From the IMG/VR virus record IMGVR_UViG_3300045988_104136, positions 1 through 37,133 of that record: a stretch of 37,133 nt of DNA; one strand, 5' to 3'. The DNA comes from a virus. The notes beneath the pieces were generated by a model. It did not search any database. It was not told the origin of the DNA and saw nothing but the letters and a program-made list of their open reading frames with translations. The position numbers were made by a program, and so were the translations under genes. Positions 24,458-33,325 of the stretch are shown here, one piece after another. The first letter of the stretch is position 1, and every line of letters begins with the position of its first letter.

Positions 24458-24708
24458 TATGCTGCCTCCAATAAATTACTTTTCATTTTTTTGTTTATTT
24501 TCATTTTTTCAAATTTATTCTTTTTATTCTTATGTACCCAAGTATTTTCTATTTCTATATTTATATCATAATAACTACTTTTTTCATATTCATCAATTAT
24601 TAAGCCATTATCAATTAGCTCTTCTAAAAGTTCATCCGCAGTCATATTTTCCACTAACTCATTTACTTTTTCTTCAAATTCTTTTAAATTCAAATCAAAA
24701 ATATCCAT
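24457..24708 (-). CDS. 83-aa protein with an acidic N-terminal half and a Lys-rich tail (candidate antitoxin with chaperone-addiction tail)
   Basis: Product reads MDIFDLNLKEFEEKVNELVENMTADELLEELIDNGLIIDEYE… then WVHKNKKNKFEKMKINKKMKSNLLEAA. A GAGAGGTG ribosome-binding site is present, and the gene sits between the ART-like and SecB-like genes. Confidence 0.55.
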   Translation of the reverse strand: MDIFDLNLKEFEEKVNELVENMTADELLEELIDNGLIIDEYEKSSYYDINIEIENTWVHKNKKNKFEKMKINKKMKSNLLEAA

Positions 24709-24724
24709 TTTACACCTCTCATAA

Positions 24725-25315
24725 TTAATAAAAATAAACTATACTATCATATTTTTCTTTGCTTAATTCATTATATTCATATATATTATATATATATTTA
24801 TTATCTTTTACACATACCATTTTTCTAGGATAGTTTTTTAAGGATTGTAAAAATCTATTCGTTTTAATTGTTTCTATAAAAGTTTTTATTATTATATTCC
24901 TTTTGATAAGCTTTCTTTGATATAGCATATTTATTATTGCTGCTGTTTTATTTTTAGCGTTTATAAATTCTGGCTTTGTTGATAATTTTCCTTGATATTT
25001 TTCAACTAATATTTCAAATTTTAAAAGCATTTCTTTATCGTCCAAATTCAAAATATCTGTATCTTTACATTTAATATCAGCTTTAACTACACTCCTTTTA
25101 TTTTGTAGTTCATCGTATTTAGGAACTCTATTTAAATCGTCCCTTAATTCTTTAACATTCCAGTCAACAGCATCCTCATACTCAAAAAAGAAATATGCAC
25201 CGAAGCCTAAAAATAGTTTATTCTTTAAATCTTTTTTTATTTCAAAATTATTGCTACAAATTGATTCGATATTCTCTTTATCTGTTCCATGATATCCTTC
25301 TATTTCTACATCCAT
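24725..25315 (-). CDS. Candidate H-Y-E (PARP-like) ADP-ribosyltransferase-fold toxin
   Basis: GYHGT (His9), LGFGAYFF (Tyr41) and a C-terminal YIYNIYEYNE are present. An AGGAGA ribosome-binding site is present. Fold assignment is by motif recognition only. Confidence 0.5.
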   Translation of the reverse strand: MDVEIEGYHGTDKENIESICSNNFEIKKDLKNKLFLGFGAYFFFEYEDAVDWNVKELRDDLNRVPKYDELQNKRSVVKADIKCKDTDILNLDDKEMLLKFEILVEKYQGKLSTKPEFINAKNKTAAIINMLYQRKLIKRNIIIKTFIETIKTNRFLQSLKNYPRKMVCVKDNKYIYNIYEYNELSKEKYDSIVYFY

Positions 25316-25472
25316 TTTTTCTCCTATTATATTATATGTTTTAATGTATTAATAGTTTATAATAATTTATTTTTATTTTCAACATTTAAATCATATTATA
25401 TTATCAATATTATTTGCAAAAAAGACTTAAATTAATCAATTTATTTTATTTTCATATCGTTTTTTATGTTTT

Positions 25473-25515
25473 ATTAACATTTTCATTACATTTCTATTAC
25501 ATTTTATCACATTTT
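25473..25515. repeat. Four helically phased degenerate repeats (ATTAACATTT / ATTACATTT / ATTACATTTT / ATCACATTTT) upstream of the TAC cassette
   Basis: Starts at 25473, 25485, 25496 and 25506, giving spacings of 12, 11 and 10 bp. Confidence 0.35.
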
Positions 25516-25557
25516 TTATATTATGTAAATAAGTTAGTATAATCCTTGATTTATAGG

Positions 25558-25599
25558 CATAAAAAAAGAGGTGTAGCATAAACATTACACTACACCTCT
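25558..25599 (-). terminator. Strong intrinsic terminator after the endolysin gene
   Basis: Minus RNA reads AGAGGUGUAG-(13 nt)-CUACACCUCU followed by UUUUUUUA. Confidence 0.85.
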
Positions 25600-25612
25600 T
25601 ATACTTTTTATA

Positions 25613-26344
25613 TTATTTTACTCCACCTGTCCATTTAGCGAAGCCTATTTTGTAGTTATTAGATCCATCCACTTTATATCTAACCATAGGTCTATCATTA
25701 AATATACCAAAACAATCACACTCTTCACGAGGATTTAAATATCCTATCTTTTTAGTTAAACTTGTATCAGCATATATATTTTCTATTGTGCTTCCATTTA
25801 CATATTTTCTCACTGGTTCATCACTTCCTCCACTATAATCTTTTTCTTCTACAGGTTGTGCTTGTAAACCTAATTGTTCTCTTATTTTATTCAAAAATCT
25901 TTCCCAGCCTAAATCTAGAGTCCTGTGTGGGCAATATTTACCGTTATAATCTTGGTGTTTTGTAACCTTCTCTATTCCCCAACCGTATTGTTTTAAAAGA
26001 TAAGCTATATAACATGCTGCTAAATTTTCTGCTTCATCAAAGCGTTCTCCAGCAGACTTGCTATAACAAATTTCTATAGATATTTGAGTTCTATTACCTT
26101 TACCACTTCCACCATCTCCACAATGCCAAGTATTGCGATTAAAAGGTATTCCTGTTACTACTCTTTCATTATCTACTGCTGCATGAAATGATACCTTATT
26201 GTTATTACCTAACATATAAGAAATCTCTGACATGGCACTTGCATCATTTGCTGTGTTATGTACGCAGATTCCTTGTGGTGTCATCTCATATGGGCATTTA
26301 ATAGAATATTTAGAAGTTGGACACGTTACATTAGTTATTTGCAT
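25613..26344 (-). CDS. Endolysin: N-acetylmuramoyl-L-alanine amidase (Amidase_2/PGRP fold) with a C-terminal wall-binding domain
   Basis: GICVHNTAND…SFHAAVD…WHCGDG…ISIEICY…KHQDYNGKYCPHR is present. ATG 26342..26344 lies 9 nt after AGGAG and is preferred over the track start at 26353. Confidence 0.9.
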   Translation of the reverse strand: MQITNVTCPTSKYSIKCPYEMTPQGICVHNTANDASAMSEISYMLGNNNKVSFHAAVDNERVVTGIPFNRNTWHCGDGGSGKGNRTQISIEICYSKSAGERFDEAENLAACYIAYLLKQYGWGIEKVTKHQDYNGKYCPHRTLDLGWERFLNKIREQLGLQAQPVEEKDYSGGSDEPVRKYVNGSTIENIYADTSLTKKIGYLNPREECDCFGIFNDRPMVRYKVDGSNNYKIGFAKWTGGVK

Positions 26345-26459
26345 CAGTATCATCTCCTATTCCATCATTTTCTGTATTTGAAAAGTCATTTTCTTTTATA
26401 TTTTTTTGATATAATTCTTCATTAAACTGTACAGTTTCTTCAAATATATTATCGTCCAC
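26331..26459 (-). CDS. 42-aa very acidic mini-ORF between the holin and endolysin genes (speculative)
   Basis: GTG 26457..26459 lies 7 nt after AGGAGG. Product reads VDDNIFEETVQFNEELYQKNIKENDFSNTENDGIGDDTDANN and overlaps the endolysin start. Confidence 0.25.
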   Translation of the reverse strand: MDDNIFEETVQFNEELYQKNIKENDFSNTENDGIGDDTDANN

Positions 26460-26461
26460 GA

Positions 26462-26806
26462 CTATTCCTCCTTTTTGTTTTTTAATATGTCAAATATTTT
26501 AAGCTCTAGTCCTGCTTTCTTTAAATTTTCTGCAATTGACATTATTTCCATTACACATATGTAAATTGTTATTACACTTGCTACTGCACTTAAATTAAAC
26601 GCATATTCTACTACATAGCCAATAACAATAGCTACTATTAATAAGCACTTATGTAATAGTCCTTCTCGCATTACTTTACTATCTACCTTCTTATTTATTA
26701 CTGCTTGTATATATCCTGTTAAAATATCAAGTCCACTAAAAATTAGCGGTGTTATTACTTGCCATGCTATACTGCTAAAACTTAATGTTTTTATTATTTC
26801 TTCCAT
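26462..26806 (-). CDS. Holin (Phage_holin_4_1 / TcdE-like family)
   Basis: LDILTGYIQAVINKKVDSKVMREGLLHKCLLIVAIVIGY… is present with multiple TM segments. ATG 26804..26806 lies 5 nt after GGAGG. Confidence 0.85.
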   Translation of the reverse strand: MEEIIKTLSFSSIAWQVITPLIFSGLDILTGYIQAVINKKVDSKVMREGLLHKCLLIVAIVIGYVVEYAFNLSAVASVITIYICVMEIMSIAENLKKAGLELKIFDILKNKKEE

Positions 26807-26808
26807 TT

Positions 26809-27174
26809 TTACCTCCATGAAATTCTTTTGATTGTACTAGAAGTGTCTCCACTTCCACCATTCTGTACAAAACCTGTATTAAAGTCTACTGTAGAAATAG
26901 CGTGATGATTTGTATTGTTATTCCACTCGACATAAGATGCATGAAGCCATTTTCCACTATCTGCACGTGTAAAGTATAAATTCATTTCTACATTGTTTGC
27001 TCCTGTACTATACAGTTGTACTTCATTTGCATTTTTGATGTCTTCTATAGTTACACTTGCTCCCATTCCTAAGTTAACATCTTGACTTTTCCATTCGCTG
27101 TTTTGTTTTGTTTTTATTTTGTCTTCTGGTGCATTTATTCTTTCTTGTAATTCTAAAATAAGAGGCTTAGACAT
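26809..27174 (-). CDS. Small tail-fibre-associated beta-rich protein
   Basis: ATG 27172..27174 follows AGAGGTG. The N-terminal PLILELQERI resembles the ILELEKRI of the upstream gene. Confidence 0.5.
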   Translation of the reverse strand: MSKPLILELQERINAPEDKIKTKQNSEWKSQDVNLGMGASVTIEDIKNANEVQLYSTGANNVEMNLYFTRADSGKWLHASYVEWNNNTNHHAISTVDFNTGFVQNGGSGDTSSTIKRISWR

Positions 27175-27282
27175 CGTCTTCACCTCTTTTCTTTATTTCA
27201 CTAAAATGTAGCTCTCTCTTTCTCTCTTAGAGTATCAATGGTTTCACGTTTCAGTATTCTTTTCATTTTACATCTTCCTTTC

Positions 27283-27768
27283 TTAATCTACAACTTCTAC
27301 TGTTAGTTGATTGTCTGCACTTTTCTCTGTTTTAAAATTCGCATTATCCATCGCTACATATAATTGTATTAAATCTCCCTCTTGAACTTCTATATAATCT
27401 TTAAATATTGCTATAGTATATGGTTGAGTTGTCTGCATATACATGATTTGCGTCGATATTATTGATCCGTTTTTTCTAATATATAAATAAACTGGTCTTC
27501 CATCGGATTCTGTGTGAGTAAATGTAACAATTCCTTTAACATTTATATGATTTATTCCTGCTCCGATTTTAATGCCATTAGTTTCAAATGTTAATTTATC
27601 ACTAGGATTACCTCTGCTACCTTGAAAACGTAAAGGTTCTTGTAAATATATATTAGCTCCAGTGTGGTTATAACTTTGTTCTGCAGTTGTATAAATAGTC
27701 ATATTTGTTTTTCCTTTTTCTAGCGCTTTAATTCTTTTTTCTAATTCTAAAATCTTTGATTCTGACAT
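27283..27768 (-). CDS. Small fibre-tip-like protein (short coiled coil + beta domain)
   Basis: MSESKILELEKRIKALEKGK is followed by a beta-rich 140 aa. The gene is stop/start coupled to the fibre gene. Confidence 0.5.
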   Translation of the reverse strand: MSESKILELEKRIKALEKGKTNMTIYTTAEQSYNHTGANIYLQEPLRFQGSRGNPSDKLTFETNGIKIGAGINHINVKGIVTFTHTESDGRPVYLYIRKNGSIISTQIMYMQTTQPYTIAIFKDYIEVQEGDLIQLYVAMDNANFKTEKSADNQLTVEVVD

Positions 27769-28403
27769 TATTCTTCCTCTTTTCTTACTATTATTTCTAA
27801 GTTACTACCAATTGGTACATTCCAATCTTTAAACTGAATGTGTGTTACGTCAGCTTCTATGTAATTTATATCTTTAATAAGCTTACACCCTTCAAAATAG
27901 ATTTCTATAGAATTATTGCCTAACACATATTCTGGAACTTCATAGTTTGTGTTTTGTTGAATCTCTTCTTCTGTAACTAAAGACGTAATCTGTCTAGTTA
28001 TAGTTTTAATATTATTTATTTGTGTTTGTAAATTTTGAATTTGAGTATTAATCTCTGTTAAATCTATTTGTGGAGTATATTCAGTCCACCCTTCATCTCC
28101 ATATGCATAATTTTTATTTTCACTTGAAACAGAATATATATCTCCATTTTTAGGATTTTCTATTGTAATTAAAGCACTATAATTTGTTACAGAACCTCTA
28201 TATGTTAGAGCAGGAGCAACAACTATATTCATTTTTCGGTCTAGTTCCTCAACTTTATCTTTCGCATTATCTAATTCTGTGGCATTGTTGTTTACTACCT
28301 CTTTTATTTCATTCATATTCTCTGCTGTTGTTTTATTTTGCTCTGGAATATCTGGTAAAGTTTGATATGGAGCTTTATTTCCATATTGTATTTTTTCAGC
28401 CAT
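27768..28403 (-). CDS. Tail fibre / receptor-binding protein candidate
   Basis: The N-terminus reads YGNKAPYQTLPDIPEQNKTTAENMNEIKEVVNNNATELDNAKDKVEELD, followed by the coiled coil QIQNLQTQINNIK. Confidence 0.6.
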   Translation of the reverse strand: MAEKIQYGNKAPYQTLPDIPEQNKTTAENMNEIKEVVNNNATELDNAKDKVEELDRKMNIVVAPALTYRGSVTNYSALITIENPKNGDIYSVSSENKNYAYGDEGWTEYTPQIDLTEINTQIQNLQTQINNIKTITRQITSLVTEEEIQQNTNYEVPEYVLGNNSIEIYFEGCKLIKDINYIEADVTHIQFKDWNVPIGSNLEIIVRKEEE

Positions 28404-28414
28404 TTTCTATCCTC

Positions 28415-28933
28415 CTACTTTAAAACTTTTACTTGTAAATAACCTTCTAGGATTTCAGTTTGCCCTGCCGTTTGACTTTCTAGAATTGCACTAATTCTAT
28501 CCCCATTACTTACTTGCATTATTGTTGGTATTGATATTCCCCACCAACCAGTCGTCGCTTGTTGGTAGTATCCATCCACTTTTTGCCCATTTTTCATTAT
28601 CATTAGTTCTTTGTCACCACTGCCACCATAGTACCCTAAACCTCTAGTAAATAAGACTACTTCAATAAGATTAACATCATTTCCAATTACAATGTCGTTG
28701 TTTTCTTTAACTAAATAATTATTTATGTTATCGTTGTTTATCTCAATAGCGTTAAGAGGTACTGTTACTCTACCATACGAACCTGATGTAGTTAAATTTT
28801 GCCTATTAATTCTTGCTTTAATTATCGGAATGGTATTTATTGCTTCGTTAATATTATCTTGTAAAGCATCCAATGTCTCTTCAGATAATCCAGGATATTG
28901 ATAATCAGTAAAATTAATTTTTTTTAATTTCAT
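28415..28933 (-). CDS. Baseplate/fibre-associated protein
   Basis: 172-aa ORF in the distal tail block. Call is by position only. Confidence 0.5.
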   Translation of the reverse strand: MKLKKINFTDYQYPGLSEETLDALQDNINEAINTIPIIKARINRQNLTTSGSYGRVTVPLNAIEINNDNINNYLVKENNDIVIGNDVNLIEVVLFTRGLGYYGGSGDKELMIMKNGQKVDGYYQQATTGWWGISIPTIMQVSNGDRISAILESQTAGQTEILEGYLQVKVLK

Positions 28934-28936
28934 TTT

Positions 28937-29866
28937 TTAACCTCTTTCATAACGGATTTTTAATTTTGTTATTTGTCCAAATCTTTCTAATTGTTTATAT
29001 TGCACATAAAAAAGACCCGTATCTTGCAACGTTGGAGGTTGCTCTGGGTCTGTAAATACTTTTCTAAATAATTTAAATTTGTAAATTAATAAATTAGCTG
29101 TTCCTTCTTGTGGGTATAAATCTGGCCTTGGATATAAATCTTCTCGAGGAAATAAATCATTTTTTGCATAATTATTCAATGCATTGTCTATTGTTATTTC
29201 TCCAATACCAGTTTTGGCTATATTTAAGTTTTCTACTAAATATTCATCCGTATATTTGTACGGTAACGCTCCAAATCCTATGCTATAAAGCTTTGGAATT
29301 ACTGTATCATACTCATACCCATTTACTTTTAGTAAACCTTTAGTTGTTAAATGATATGGACATTTTACGGCATTAGCGTTACTCCAGAAATTCATATCTG
29401 TAGAAACTTTATCCATTCGACTTATTACAATAGGTTGGCCTTCTTGTACAACAATATTGTATTTACTCACATCTAAATACGCATATAACTCAAATTTCTT
29501 TGCTTCATAATCATAAATTCCAAAGCCAATTTGCTTTATGTATTGTCCTATAAAACTGCTTAAAGGCGGATATCCAGCTAATGAATTTTCATAATTATAT
29601 TTGTTTATTACTGTATTTTCTGTTAACAATTCACCTCTTTCGGCAGAATTAAATTCTAATATTGTATCGAATGGCATTTCTGTACTTTCTGCTGTTACAA
29701 GTGTTTTTTCATTTGTTAGGTTAACACAACAGAAATCCAGATTTTTATCTTTAAATTCTAAAAAGCTATCTGCAAATAAATCTAAATATTTATTTAATAT
29801 TAAATTAGTAAATTTATGTTGCTTATTACCTACTTTTATACTTACTTCTAAATTCTTTACTTTCAT
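28937..29866 (-). CDS. Tail tip/baseplate protein
   Basis: 309 aa, following the Dit-like gene. Call is by position only. Confidence 0.5.
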   Translation of the reverse strand: MKVKNLEVSIKVGNKQHKFTNLILNKYLDLFADSFLEFKDKNLDFCCVNLTNEKTLVTAESTEMPFDTILEFNSAERGELLTENTVINKYNYENSLAGYPPLSSFIGQYIKQIGFGIYDYEAKKFELYAYLDVSKYNIVVQEGQPIVISRMDKVSTDMNFWSNANAVKCPYHLTTKGLLKVNGYEYDTVIPKLYSIGFGALPYKYTDEYLVENLNIAKTGIGEITIDNALNNYAKNDLFPREDLYPRPDLYPQEGTANLLIYKFKLFRKVFTDPEQPPTLQDTGLFYVQYKQLERFGQITKLKIRYERG

Positions 29867-29871
29867 ATGTA

Positions 29872-31416
29872 TTAACCTCTTAAAATTGTATTTAATGTGT
29901 CGTTGTAGTCTTCATTCATTTCGATTTCGTGTATTTCGTTTATTTTTTCTTCTCCAGAATATTCTACAACGTATTCTGTTTCAATTTGACTATCTTGTTC
30001 TTCTGTATCAGAACTATTTCTAAATAAATCAATGTAATTTTCTAATAAGTTTGTATTTCTAAGTTCTACAGAGTAATTGGTTGGATTATTAGCTTCTTTG
30101 CTTTCATTTATCGCTGTTACAATAAAAATACCTTCCGTAAAATATTCTGGAAGGTCTATATCTATTCTATCGCCTATTTCTATATCGTTTTCTTTATCAT
30201 ATTTTAATGTGACCTGATTTGTATATTTATTATTAATAATAAATATATTTCTTATATAATCTATCAACTCTTGAACAGTAAACCAACCATTTTCTACATC
30301 TAATACTTTTTCTATTTGTCCAGAAGTTGTTATCTTACCTTCGTTTTGTTCTATCTCTTGCCAATTTATTAATCGCATATTTGCATATCTTAAAAATGTT
30401 TGGCTTCTAATAGAATTTACTGTTATAGTATTTTCTCCTTTATATGTAATACCTGTTGCTAAATTTTTAAATGTACTATCCATTGTAAGAACAAACAAAG
30501 CACCTGTGCTGTCATCTGTTGCAATATCTTTCATATTAAGTCCATCTTGAATTTCTCCATCTACATTAAATCCACATTCTACATATGCACGAGAAGAACC
30601 ATTGTATATTAGCTCCAAATTTGTACACGTTGTAGTCTGATTAACTGCTAATGCTCCAACTATTCTTTCTGCTGTTCCTAAACTTATATCTATTGGATTT
30701 TCGAAATCTATTCTATCTCCATTTTTTAGTGTTACATTAACCTGCTGTGTGTTATCATAAAATATCCTTGCATTTTTAATGTTTATAATATTAGCATAAT
30801 CTAGATTTTCTACAGTTGGAGAAATACTTAAGAAACCATTTATTTGTTGCTTATAGTTTTTTATATTAATATTTTTTTTAGGTACTTTGTTAAATAAATA
30901 ATTAATATCATCTATTTCTATTTCTTTAAATTCATTTATATTCCAATAAAGGCTATATTTATTAGATAAGTAATTAAGTACCTCTTCTACAGTTTTGCTT
31001 ATTAATTTTAACGTTACAGATCTATCTTCTATATTTAATGTCTTTAGCACAAATCCATCTTGATAAAGTGGCATTAATACTTGTGTAATAATTTCACTAA
31101 GCATTGCTGTTCTCATAATTGTTACAGTTCTTTTTGTTGTCATCTGCCTTGGTGTATATAAGCTTAAATTAAGTTCTTTTTCTGGAGTAATTATTTTTTT
31201 TAGCTCTGGTAATTTATAATCAGATACAAAACCAGTAAATTTTAGCTTTCCATCTTTATCTATAATTTGTACTTCTTGCTGTGCATAAGGTAAATCTTCC
31301 ATAGTACATTTAGAAAAGTCTAGCTTAAGGTCTGTATATGTAACCTCTCTACTAGACTTTTTTATTTCTATACTATCAATTATTCTATAATCTTTATTAT
31401 TCCATCTTGCTATCAT
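29872..31416 (-). CDS. Distal tail protein-like (Dit position, enlarged)
   Basis: 514 aa, with ATGA-type coupling directly after the tape measure gene. Confidence 0.55.
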   Translation of the reverse strand: MIARWNNKDYRIIDSIEIKKSSREVTYTDLKLDFSKCTMEDLPYAQQEVQIIDKDGKLKFTGFVSDYKLPELKKIITPEKELNLSLYTPRQMTTKRTVTIMRTAMLSEIITQVLMPLYQDGFVLKTLNIEDRSVTLKLISKTVEEVLNYLSNKYSLYWNINEFKEIEIDDINYLFNKVPKKNINIKNYKQQINGFLSISPTVENLDYANIINIKNARIFYDNTQQVNVTLKNGDRIDFENPIDISLGTAERIVGALAVNQTTTCTNLELIYNGSSRAYVECGFNVDGEIQDGLNMKDIATDDSTGALFVLTMDSTFKNLATGITYKGENTITVNSIRSQTFLRYANMRLINWQEIEQNEGKITTSGQIEKVLDVENGWFTVQELIDYIRNIFIINNKYTNQVTLKYDKENDIEIGDRIDIDLPEYFTEGIFIVTAINESKEANNPTNYSVELRNTNLLENYIDLFRNSSDTEEQDSQIETEYVVEYSGEEKINEIHEIEMNEDYNDTLNTILRG

Positions 31417-33290
31417 TAATAAGCACCTGCCCCTCGCAAAGTTTTAGTTACAGCAGGTGTTACTGCTCTACCAACTTTTGTACTATCTAGATAAATATCA
31501 CTAGGCTTCATTAAAATATTAGCTGTAAATAATTTATTATTAGTTGCTGTTGTACTTAAATTAGCACTTAGTTTTTGTGTTTCAAAGTCTACTGCAGATT
31601 GCATATTTTTATATACCTTTCCGATATTGTCATCAAATCCTTCTCCTAATCCTAATGCCAAAAATTTTCCTACTTCATCAGCAAAAACTTTAGATGGAGA
31701 ATGAATACCAAAAAATCCTTTTATCTTATCTACAATTCCACTACAAAATCCACTAATCTTATCCCATAGCCAACCTACAGCATTACTAATACCATTCCAA
31801 ATACCTTGAATTAGATTTTTACCAACTTCAAGCATTTTGCTAGGTAATGATTTCAAACCATCCCATATAGTTTGAATAATTGTACCTGCCATTTGTCCTA
31901 ATTTTCCAAGTACACTTCCAACACCTTCAATTAATTTTCCAATTAATTGTACACCAACTTGTAAAATCTTAGGTAAATTTTGAATTAATGCTGTAACTAA
32001 TTTCATTATAATTTCTGGTGCCTTTTCTATTAATAAAGGAAGTGCATTAATTAAACCATCTGCTAATCCTAAAATAAGTTGAATTGCTGCATCTATTAAC
32101 ATATCTATGTTGTCTAATAATCCATTCACAATTGTTATTATTGCATTTATGGCTTGTGGTATTAATAGTGGCAGCATTTGTGCTATTCCTAAGATTAACT
32201 GTGTTATAAGTTGCATACCCATTTGGATTATCTGTGGTAACATAGTTATTAATCCAGTAATAAATGATTGTATTAATTGCATTGCGATATTTAATAATTG
32301 TGGCATATATGGCAATAAAGATTGTACTAATGCCATTAATACCTGTCCAATTGTGGATATCAAAGTAGGTGCATTTGTCATTATTAAATCTAAAATTTTA
32401 GGAAATATTTGATTTATTCCTGCTATTATTTGTGGTGTTGCATCAGAAAGACTTTGCATTAATTGAGGCAATAGTTGTCCAACTGCATTTACAATATTTT
32501 GTATTGCAGTTATTCCTGTATCAACTAATTGATCCATTGTTCCACTACCATTTAAAAAGTTATCAAAAGCTGATTTCATTGAACCAATACTACCAGATAT
32601 TGTAGATGCTGCTTCTTGTGCTGTTGTACCAGTTATACCTAATTCTCCTTGTATAACATGAATCGCTTGAAAAACGTCATTCAAATTGGAAATGTCATAT
32701 TTAATTCCAGTTATTTTTTCTGCATCAGAAAGTAATCTTTGCATTTCTGCTTGTGTACCACCGTAACCTAACTTTAAGTTATCTAACATTGTATAGTTTT
32801 GTTTAGCAAAACCTTGATATGCCCATTGTATACTTTCCATAGAGGTACCCATTTTGTTAGCATTATCAGCCATATCAATTAAAGCCATATTAGCACTATC
32901 AGCTGCTTTTTCTGTATCTCCACCAACACTTTGTAATAAACTAGCACTAAAACCAGTTACAGTTTCCATATATTGATTAGCACTCATACCAGCTGTTTTA
33001 TAAGCATTTTCTGCATTTTTTATTACTTTATCGGCACTACCTTTAAAAAGTGTTTCAATACCACCAATATTTTGCTCTAAATCAGCATAAGAATTTACAG
33101 AGGCTGTTCCAAGTCCTGCTAGAGCACTTGCAGCACCTCCAACTGCCGCTGTTACTCCTGCTAGTCCTGCTACAGCAATGCTACCTATTTTTCTAAAACC
33201 ACTTTTAACTTTACTTCCTATTCCATTTATTTCTTTTTCTAAACCTTTGCTGTCCCCATTTATTTCAATAGTAACTGAGCCGTCTGACAT
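31416..33290 (-). CDS. Tail tape measure protein
   Basis: 624 aa with Gly/Ala-rich TM-like segments, a TP901-type core (…YADLEQNIGGIETLFKGSADK…) and long helical repeats. Confidence 0.9.
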   Translation of the reverse strand: MSDGSVTIEINGDSKGLEKEINGIGSKVKSGFRKIGSIAVAGLAGVTAAVGGAASALAGLGTASVNSYADLEQNIGGIETLFKGSADKVIKNAENAYKTAGMSANQYMETVTGFSASLLQSVGGDTEKAADSANMALIDMADNANKMGTSMESIQWAYQGFAKQNYTMLDNLKLGYGGTQAEMQRLLSDAEKITGIKYDISNLNDVFQAIHVIQGELGITGTTAQEAASTISGSIGSMKSAFDNFLNGSGTMDQLVDTGITAIQNIVNAVGQLLPQLMQSLSDATPQIIAGINQIFPKILDLIMTNAPTLISTIGQVLMALVQSLLPYMPQLLNIAMQLIQSFITGLITMLPQIIQMGMQLITQLILGIAQMLPLLIPQAINAIITIVNGLLDNIDMLIDAAIQLILGLADGLINALPLLIEKAPEIIMKLVTALIQNLPKILQVGVQLIGKLIEGVGSVLGKLGQMAGTIIQTIWDGLKSLPSKMLEVGKNLIQGIWNGISNAVGWLWDKISGFCSGIVDKIKGFFGIHSPSKVFADEVGKFLALGLGEGFDDNIGKVYKNMQSAVDFETQKLSANLSTTATNNKLFTANILMKPSDIYLDSTKVGRAVTPAVTKTLRGAGAY

Positions 33291-33325
33291 CTTTATTCCT
33301 TCCTAGTTATCGGCTCATAATGGCA

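Noticed and set aside
27201-27266. 21-codon ORF (MKRILKRETIDTLREKERATF) in the gap between two fibre-tip genes
   Set aside because: It has a plausible RBS but is too short to support from sequence alone. It is noted only as a possible XkdX-like mini-gene.
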